Shown piece after piece: positions 57,501 to 64,000 of a DNA stretch of 64,000 nt. The first letter of the stretch is position 1. The number at the start of each line of letters is the position of its first letter. The notes under the pieces are model-generated. The model was not told the DNA's origin and did not search any database. It saw nothing but the letters and a program-made list of their open reading frames with translations. This DNA comes from an uncultured Burkholderiaceae bacterium (GTDB taxonomy: Bacteria > Pseudomonadota > Gammaproteobacteria > Burkholderiales > Burkholderiaceae_C): contig CBFHAS010000002.1 in assembly GCA_965653625.1 (NCBI GenBank), forward strand, positions 2,335 to 66,334, given 5' to 3'. The translations under genes and the position numbers were made by a program.

Positions 57501-58247
57501 ATGGAATTCCTGTTCGACCCCAACATCTGGATCGCCTTCGCGATGCTGACCGCCCTCGAGATCGTTTTGGGCGTCGACAACATCATCTTCATCTCCATCC
57601 TGGTCGGTCGCCTGCCGAGCGAACGGCGTGACCTGGCGCGCCGGTTGGGCCTGGCCTTCGCGATGCTCACGCGGCTGGCACTGCTGTTCTCGCTGAGCTG
57701 GGTCATGGGCCTCACCTCCGATCTGTTCAGCGTGGCGGGCGAGGGCATCAGCGGTCGCGACCTCGTGCTGCTGCTGGGTGGCCTCTTCCTGCTCTACAAG
57801 GCCTCGCACGAAATCTTCGTGGAGGTGGAGGCGCGCGATGAGCGTGGCCCTGAAGCGACGCCGGCCGCCGTAGCTGCCGCGCACCGCACTCTCTTCTGGA
57901 ACACCATTGCGCAAATCGCCGTCATCGACATCGTCTTCTCGCTCGACTCCGTCATCACCGCGGTCGGCATGGTCGACCAGATCTGGGTGATGGCCGCCGC
58001 CGTCATCGCGTCCGTGGGCGTGATGCTCGTGGCCGCCAAGCCGATCGGCGACTTTGTCGACCGTCACCCCTCGGTGAAGGTACTGGCACTGGCCTTCCTG
58101 GTGATGGTGGGCATGGTGCTCGTCGGCGAGGCCTTCGACATGCATGTGCCGAAGGGCTATGTGTACGTTGCCATGGCCTTCTCACTCGCCGTGGAGGCGC
58201 TCAACATCCGCGCCCGCGCCAAGCGTTTGGCCGAGGCCAGCGCCTGA
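57501..58247 (+). CDS. TerC-family membrane protein
   Basis: LEIVLGVDNIIFI, DIVFSLDSVITAVG, HPSVKVLAL, PKGYVY. Confidence 0.92.
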   Translation: MEFLFDPNIWIAFAMLTALEIVLGVDNIIFISILVGRLPSERRDLARRLGLAFAMLTRLALLFSLSWVMGLTSDLFSVAGEGISGRDLVLLLGGLFLLYKASHEIFVEVEARDERGPEATPAAVAAAHRTLFWNTIAQIAVIDIVFSLDSVITAVGMVDQIWVMAAAVIASVGVMLVAAKPIGDFVDRHPSVKVLALAFLVMVGMVLVGEAFDMHVPKGYVYVAMAFSLAVEALNIRARAKRLAEASA

Positions 58248-58307
58248 CAGGCCGGCGCCCGCACAAGGCGCATCACCGAAGCCGCGCAGCTGCCGGGCCT
58301 GCAGCCG

Positions 58308-61300
58308 CTATTGCGTAGGCACGGACAACTGCACGTAGCTTCCCGGGCGCTGCCTGCGAATCAGCAGGTTGCGCGCCTCCCACTGGGCGCCCGGATCCAG
58401 CGGGGCGAGATACCGCACCTCGCTGCCGCTTTGCACGGCGATCGGCACACCGTTCTCGAAAAGCAGGCGGTTGCCGGGTAGGCGCGGCACCTTTTCACCG
58501 GGGGTCAGGATGCCGGCGAGGTTGAGCGGATCGGCCGCGGAGATGGACACGCGCTCTCGCCCCTCGCGCCGGCCCGTCTGGCGCAGTGCCGCAGCGGCCT
58601 CGGGCAGCGCAAACTGTTCGCCTGAGAAGCCGCTCACGAAGCGACCGCCGCGGATCTCTCCGCGCGCTTCGAGTCGCCGGTACACGTAGAACAGATCCCG
58701 CCACGGCGGCAGCCCTTCCTCGCGCTCCAGCAGCCGGCGAAACACCACCCCATAGCGACGCAAGAGCACGCGGGCGATATGCTCAACGCGCGGCTCGGCC
58801 AGGGCGCCAGCCGACTCCACTGCCGCGCGCGGCCGGCGCGTGAGCGACCATCGCCCAGCATCGTCCATCGGTTCGTGGCCGGGCCGCCTGCGGCGCAGAC
58901 GCTGACGATGCTCGGCAGGCATCACCAGCGCGCGCAGGCCGGCAAATGAGTCGCAGGTGGCCAGACCCTGCGCCACCAGTTCGCCCAGCGCTTGTTCAAG
59001 CTCGGTGCCCAGCAAGCCGGCGTCGTGCTGGAGGTCGGCGAAGAAGCTCGCGCCGTGCGTGCTCAGCGCGTCCAGCACACGCCGGGCCTTGCCCGACAGC
59101 GCGGGCTCGTCAGCAACCGCGCCGCCTGCCGCCTGCTGCCAGTGCACCAATGCGTCCCGTTCGGCCAGCACGATGGGCGTGGCGCGAACCGGCCCGCTGC
59201 GGCGAGCCGTATCGTCGCTGCTGCGCTCCTGCGCCCGGCCGAAAGGCCGCCACCAAGCCACCTGGCCGGCGCTGCACAGGCGGTCGAGCATGTGGGGCAG
59301 GTAGTCCTTCACGCGCGCGGCGAGCAGGTCTTCTTCCCATGCGGAGGCGGGCGCGGCGCAGCCTTCGAGCTGCCGAAGCGCGCCGGCCAGCCCGGCTTCA
59401 CCTTCGCGCCGCTCGTCATCCTCGGCCGTGGCGAGCTGGTGCCATCGGAGCAGGAAGCGCATGAACTGCGCCGGCGGCACAGGCTGGATCTCGGCACGCA
59501 GCCGTTCTCGGGTAAGGCGATGCATGCGAGCGAGCAGCCGCCGGTCGCACCACTGCGCCGCATCTGGGGCGGTGAAGCCGCCGCGCATCACCGCGCCTTC
59601 GGCTTCCAGCTGCAGCAGCGCCGGCAGCAATTGCGGGGCCGACAGGCCCAGCGGCCGACCCAGCGCCTCGGCAGTGACGGGCCCCAGCAGCTCCAGCCGC
59701 CCCCGCACAAGCTCGCGCAGCGCGTCGCTGGCCGCAGGATGCATACGCGACACCGGCTCGATGGGCGGCGAGCACACCGCCGCCGGCCACAGCGCTAGAA
59801 GGTCGTGCAGGCGTTCGGCCGCCACATGCAGCACCTCGCCACCCGCCGTCTGGAGGCGAGTGACGCGACGCTGCAACGAAAGCTCGCCGACCAGCTGCGG
59901 CAGGTCAGACTCCGCCACGGTGAGGAAGCCATGCACGACCAGTGCGTCGTGCAGTTCGTCGGCACTGTCGACATCGGGCCAGGCTTCCTCGCGCACCTGC
60001 GCAATGGCCTGCGGATCGAGCCGACCCAGGTCCGCGGCCGTCTGCACATCCATCAAGGACTGCGTGCGGACTGCCTTGGTGCGCCGCTCCTCGGCGGCGC
60101 CGCCATCGAGGAAAGCATAGGGCCGCGCGTTCAGAATGGCGTGCGACAGCGGCGAAGGCGAGGCCAGCTCGCGCACAACGACCTCCACCTCGCCGGCCTC
60201 CATGCGTTTGAGCAAGGACGCGAAGCCCTCCGCATCCATGGTTTCGTGCAGGCAGTCACGCAGCGTCTGGGCCACCAGCGGATGGTCGGGGATGTCGCGC
60301 TCGCCTATCAGGTTCTCAGCGCACGCCTGCTGCTCGGGGAACACCACGCACAGCATGTCCTGCGCGTCCGAACGCTGAAACTGCGGCGGCACTTTTCGGC
60401 CACCGCTCATGCGGCGCACGGCGAGCGCCGCGGTGGCGTTCCAGCGCCAGCGAGTGGCGAACATCGGCGCGTCGAGCAGCGCCTGCACGAGCACGTCGTG
60501 CGCCGAGGCGGACTTGAGGTAGTGCCTCACCTCGTCGAGCGGGAAGCTGTGCGTGGGCCCGAGGGACAGCACGATGCTGTCTTCCAGCGCGCTGGCCTGC
60601 AGCTCGAAGTTGAACTTGCGGCACATGCGCTTGCGAAGCGCGAGACCCCAGGCGCGGTTGATGCGCGAGCCGTAGGGCGAATGGATCACGAGGTGCGTGT
60701 CGCCCACTTCGTCGAAAAAACGCTCGAACACGATGCGGCGTTGGGTCGGCAGCACGCCCAAGGCGGCCTTGGAGGCGCCGAGGTACAGCGCGAGCTGCCG
60801 CGACGCGGCCTCACTGAGGTGCAGCCGATCGCGCAGCCAGCGAACGCAGGCCTCCACGCCCTCCTCCAGCTTCGCCTCCGCGGTCTCCGTGAGGCGCGAC
60901 ACCGCACGGCACAGCTCGTCGCTGCGGCCCAGGCTTTCGCCAAGCCAGAAAGGCATGGACGGTGGCTGACCCTTCGCGTCTTCCACCAGCACCTTGCCGG
61001 TCTCGACCTTGACGATGCGATAGGACGCATTGCCGAGCTGGAACACATCGCCGGGCAGGCTTTCGAAGGCGAAGTCCTCGTTGAGGGTGCCCACGCGATG
61101 CTCCTCGGGCAACAACACCACGTCGTAGTCGAACTGGTCGGGGATCACGCCGGCATTGGTGACGGCCGCGAGCCGCGCGCCACGCCGCGCGCGCAGCACG
61201 CGATTGACCGCGTCGTAGTGCAGGTAGGCGCCGCGACGACCGCGCCGCGTGCTGTACCCCTCGGCCAGCATGTGGACCACGTGCTCGAAGCTCGTGAGCG

Positions 61301-62633
61301 TGAGGTTTCGGAACGGGTGCGCCAGGCGGCAGCGCTCGTACAGGGGCTCCAGCCCCCACTCCCGGCACGCCGTTTCCGCGACGATCTGCTGCGCCAGCAC
61401 GTCCAGCGGCTGCTCGGGCACTTGGATGCGGTCGAGCTCGCCGCGCTCCACGGCATGCAGCAGGGCCGTGCATTCCAGCAGGTCGTCCAGCGCCAGCGGG
61501 AAGAGCCGCCCTTTGGGAATGGCGCCGATGGCATGGCCGGCGCGGCCCACGCGCTGCAGGAAGGCGTTCACCGCCCGGGGCGAGCCCAGCTGGCACACGA
61601 GGTCGATCTCGCCGATGTCGATGCCCAGCTCCAGCGAGCTGGTGGCCACCAGCGCCTTCAGCGCGCCGGACTTGAGCCGCTGCTCGGCCTTGAGCCGATG
61701 CTCTCGCGCAAGGCTGCCGTGGTGCGCGGCGACATGCTCCTCGCCCAGGCGCTCGGCCAGATGCCGCGCCGCACGCTCTGCGAGCCGACGCTGGTTGACA
61801 AAGATGAGCGTCGTGCGGTGCTGGTGCACCAGTTCGGCCAGGCGGTCGTACAGCTCGTCCCACACTTCGGTGGCCATCACCGCGGTGAGCGGCGAGCGCG
61901 GCATCTCGATGGCGAGGTCGCGCTCACGCACATGACCAGCGTCGATGATGGCCGCTTGTTGATTGCGCAGACCCACCAGGAAGCGCGCCATCTCGTCCAG
62001 CGGTTTCACCGTGGCCGACAGGCCGATGCGCACCGGCGACTGCTCAGCCAGCGCCTCCAGGCGCTCCAGCGACAGCATGAGGTGCGCCCCGCGCTTGCTG
62101 CCGGCCACCGCATGCAGCTCGTCGACGATCACGCTCCTCACCGAGCGCAACATCTGTCGGCCGGAGTCGGAAGTGAGGAGGATGTACAGCGACTCCGGCG
62201 TGGTCACCAGGATGTGCGGCGGCATGCGGCGCATCCGGTCGCGCTCGGCCGCGGTCGTGTCTCCCGTGCGCACAGCGTCGCGTATACCCACGTCGGGCAG
62301 CCCCATGGCAGCAAGCCCCGCGCGGATGCCAGCCAGTGGCTCCTCGAGGTTCCTGCGGATGTCGTTGGACAGTGCCTTCAGGGGCGAGACGTACAGCACG
62401 TGCACCTCGTCGGCCAGCCCCTGCGCCAGGCCTTGCATCACGAGTTCGTCGATGGCGGAAAGGAAAGCGGCAAGCGTCTTGCCGGAACCCGTGGGCGCAG
62501 CGATCAGCGCATGGCGGCGCTGCGCGGTGACCGCCCAGGCGCGCGACTGGGTTTCGGTGGGCTCGCCGAAGCGCGTGCGCAGCCAATTCGTGACAGCGGG
62601 GTGGAACCGGTCGAGGACGTTCAGCACGCCCAT
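58308..62633 (-). CDS. lhr: Lhr-family SF2 helicase, long form with C-terminal winged-helix/AlkZ-like region
   Basis: APTGSGKT, DELH, SAT, HHGSL, ATSSLELGID, QRVGRAGH; C-terminal LLRRYGVVFR, GEQFALP, ISAADPLNLAG. Confidence 0.9.
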   Translation of the reverse strand: MGVLNVLDRFHPAVTNWLRTRFGEPTETQSRAWAVTAQRRHALIAAPTGSGKTLAAFLSAIDELVMQGLAQGLADEVHVLYVSPLKALSNDIRRNLEEPLAGIRAGLAAMGLPDVGIRDAVRTGDTTAAERDRMRRMPPHILVTTPESLYILLTSDSGRQMLRSVRSVIVDELHAVAGSKRGAHLMLSLERLEALAEQSPVRIGLSATVKPLDEMARFLVGLRNQQAAIIDAGHVRERDLAIEMPRSPLTAVMATEVWDELYDRLAELVHQHRTTLIFVNQRRLAERAARHLAERLGEEHVAAHHGSLAREHRLKAEQRLKSGALKALVATSSLELGIDIGEIDLVCQLGSPRAVNAFLQRVGRAGHAIGAIPKGRLFPLALDDLLECTALLHAVERGELDRIQVPEQPLDVLAQQIVAETACREWGLEPLYERCRLAHPFRNLTLTSFEHVVHMLAEGYSTRRGRRGAYLHYDAVNRVLRARRGARLAAVTNAGVIPDQFDYDVVLLPEEHRVGTLNEDFAFESLPGDVFQLGNASYRIVKVETGKVLVEDAKGQPPSMPFWLGESLGRSDELCRAVSRLTETAEAKLEEGVEACVRWLRDRLHLSEAASRQLALYLGASKAALGVLPTQRRIVFERFFDEVGDTHLVIHSPYGSRINRAWGLALRKRMCRKFNFELQASALEDSIVLSLGPTHSFPLDEVRHYLKSASAHDVLVQALLDAPMFATRWRWNATAALAVRRMSGGRKVPPQFQRSDAQDMLCVVFPEQQACAENLIGERDIPDHPLVAQTLRDCLHETMDAEGFASLLKRMEAGEVEVVVRELASPSPLSHAILNARPYAFLDGGAAEERRTKAVRTQSLMDVQTAADLGRLDPQAIAQVREEAWPDVDSADELHDALVVHGFLTVAESDLPQLVGELSLQRRVTRLQTAGGEVLHVAAERLHDLLALWPAAVCSPPIEPVSRMHPAASDALRELVRGRLELLGPVTAEALGRPLGLSAPQLLPALLQLEAEGAVMRGGFTAPDAAQWCDRRLLARMHRLTRERLRAEIQPVPPAQFMRFLLRWHQLATAEDDERREGEAGLAGALRQLEGCAAPASAWEEDLLAARVKDYLPHMLDRLCSAGQVAWWRPFGRAQERSSDDTARRSGPVRATPIVLAERDALVHWQQAAGGAVADEPALSGKARRVLDALSTHGASFFADLQHDAGLLGTELEQALGELVAQGLATCDSFAGLRALVMPAEHRQRLRRRRPGHEPMDDAGRWSLTRRPRAAVESAGALAEPRVEHIARVLLRRYGVVFRRLLEREEGLPPWRDLFYVYRRLEARGEIRGGRFVSGFSGEQFALPEAAAALRQTGRREGRERVSISAADPLNLAGILTPGEKVPRLPGNRLLFENGVPIAVQSGSEVRYLAPLDPGAQWEARNLLIRRQRPGSYVQLSVPTQ

Positions 62634-62816
62634 CTGCATTGATCCAAGAGCGAGATCGCGTGGCATCGGGGCATTGTGGACGCCCGGCCGCATGCTCGCA
62701 TGCGGAGACTTATATGTCAGCGTCGGCGCTGCGGGAGCGGTTGATTGCCCATGCGCAGGAGCAAGAAATCACTATTGCAACGGCCCAACGAGACACACCC
62801 CGGTCCGCCCGAAGGG

Positions 62817-64000
62817 TCACCCTTTCGCCACCATCATTGGCACGAAAAGGCTCTCCTCGCCGCGCCGCACGAGCAGCGCAACGTTGCTGCCCGGCTGCGC
62901 ATCGGCCAGGCGGCGGTTGAACTCTTCCAGGCTGCGGAAGCGCTGATTGTTGATGGCCACGATCACGTCGCCCTGCTGCAACGGTGCGTCCGCGTTCGGA
63001 CCCTGCACGCCTTCGACCACCAGGCCGTAGTCCACTCCCAATGCCTTGCGGCCGGCCGGCGCAAGCTCGCTCACCAGCAAGCCCAGTCGCCCGGCGCTGG
63101 ACTGCGGGGATGCTGAGGGGGCTTGTTCTGGCCGCGCCGCGGCCTGGGTCTCCAGTTGTCCCACTGTCATCTTCACGGTACGACGCTCGCCGTTGCGCCA
63201 CACCTCCACGTCGATCTCGGTGCCCGGTTTGGCGCGCGCCACGACACGCGGCAAGTCCTCGGCGCTGGCCACCTCCTGTCCGCCGAAGCGCGTGATGACG
63301 TCGCCCACCGCCATACCGGCGCGCTGCGCAGGGCCACCCTTCTCGACCGTCGTGACGAGCGCGCCCCGCGGCTCGGGCATGCGGAACGATTTAGCCAGTT
63401 CGGGGCTCACTTCCTGGATCGCCACGCCGATTCGGCCGCGCGTCACTTTGCCCTCGGTGCGCAACTGGCGCGCGATGTCCATCGCCACGTCGACGGGGAT
63501 GGCGAACGACACGCCCATGTAGCCACCCGTGCCGCTGTAGATGGCGGAGTTGATGCCCACCACCTCGCCGTTCATGTTGAGCAGAGGGCCACCCGAGTTT
63601 CCCGGGTTGACCGCCACGTCGGTCTGGATGAACGGCACCAGCGTTTCTTCGGGCAGCGAGCGCTCGGTGGCGCTCACGATGCCGGCGGTGATGGTGTTCG
63701 CAAAGCCGAACGGCGAGCCGATGGCCGCCACCCATTCCCCCGCGCGCACGCCTTTGGCGGTGCTGATGGGCGCCACCGACAGGCCCTTGGCCTCGACCTT
63801 GAGCAGCGCCACGTCGGTCTGCGGATCGACGCCCACCACCCGCGCCTTGTGCTCACCCTTGCTGTCCGCAAGCCGCACCGTCACCTCGTCGGCGCCTTCG
63901 ACCACGTGCGCGTTGGTGAGGATGTAGCCCTCCTTGTCGATGACGAATCCCGAGCCGACGCCGCGGCTGCGAAGCTGCGGTCCGCTGCCGTCGGGCGGCA
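62817..64000 (-). CDS. DegP/DegQ (Do family) serine protease, N-terminus beyond window
   Basis: GSGFVI...LTNAHVV, DVALLK, NPGNSGG, two PDZ domains. Confidence 0.93.
   Translation of the reverse strand, partial: PPDGSGPQLRSRGVGSGFVIDKEGYILTNAHVVEGADEVTVRLADSKGEHKARVVGVDPQTDVALLKVEAKGLSVAPISTAKGVRAGEWVAAIGSPFGFANTITAGIVSATERSLPEETLVPFIQTDVAVNPGNSGGPLLNMNGEVVGINSAIYSGTGGYMGVSFAIPVDVAMDIARQLRTEGKVTRGRIGVAIQEVSPELAKSFRMPEPRGALVTTVEKGGPAQRAGMAVGDVITRFGGQEVASAEDLPRVVARAKPGTEIDVEVWRNGERRTVKMTVGQLETQAAARPEQAPSASPQSSAGRLGLLVSELAPAGRKALGVDYGLVVEGVQGPNADAPLQQGDVIVAINNQRFRSLEEFNRRLADAQPGSNVALLVRRGEESLFVPMMVAKG

Noticed and set aside
59805-62642. 945-aa plus-strand ORF opposite lhr
   Set aside because: Antisense shadow ORF, typical of high-GC codon bias.

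Overview
GC-rich betaproteobacterial (Burkholderiales-like) chromosomal window. I found no mobile element, tRNA, rRNA or CRISPR array. Left part, mostly housekeeping: isc operon (iscR-iscS-iscU-iscA-hscB-hscA, partial) with two IscR boxes, LMW-PTP, uvrB, tyrB/aspC, phaZ, lone rnfB, nth, zapB-like/zapA/6S RNA/EVE/TauE, and a degenerate PAS-GGDEF protein. Next is a sigma54-driven assimilatory nitrate cluster (NarK-type MFS, PP2C-Ser/Thr kinase fusion, nirBD, nasA, ybiB-like, cobA/cysG), then rpsU-yqeY, TRAP dctQM, metC, rimO, phaR and cysQ. The standout is a tightly coupled 17-gene minus-strand operon at 36783-53936. It joins an ApbE flavin transferase, a hydrazine-synthase-alpha-like heme lipoprotein, a second heme lipoprotein, two outer-membrane barrels, TlpA/DUF4266/DUF3570 and a Myxococcus Agl/Glt-like TPR + ExbB/ExbD/ExbD/TonB motor. 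An orphan ccmAB pair is transcribed divergently from it. I infer an uncharacterised, PMF-energised envelope redox or export machine. Right end: phasin, nhaR/terC, long-form Lhr helicase and a partial DegP-family protease. All family assignments come from motif recognition, not database searches.
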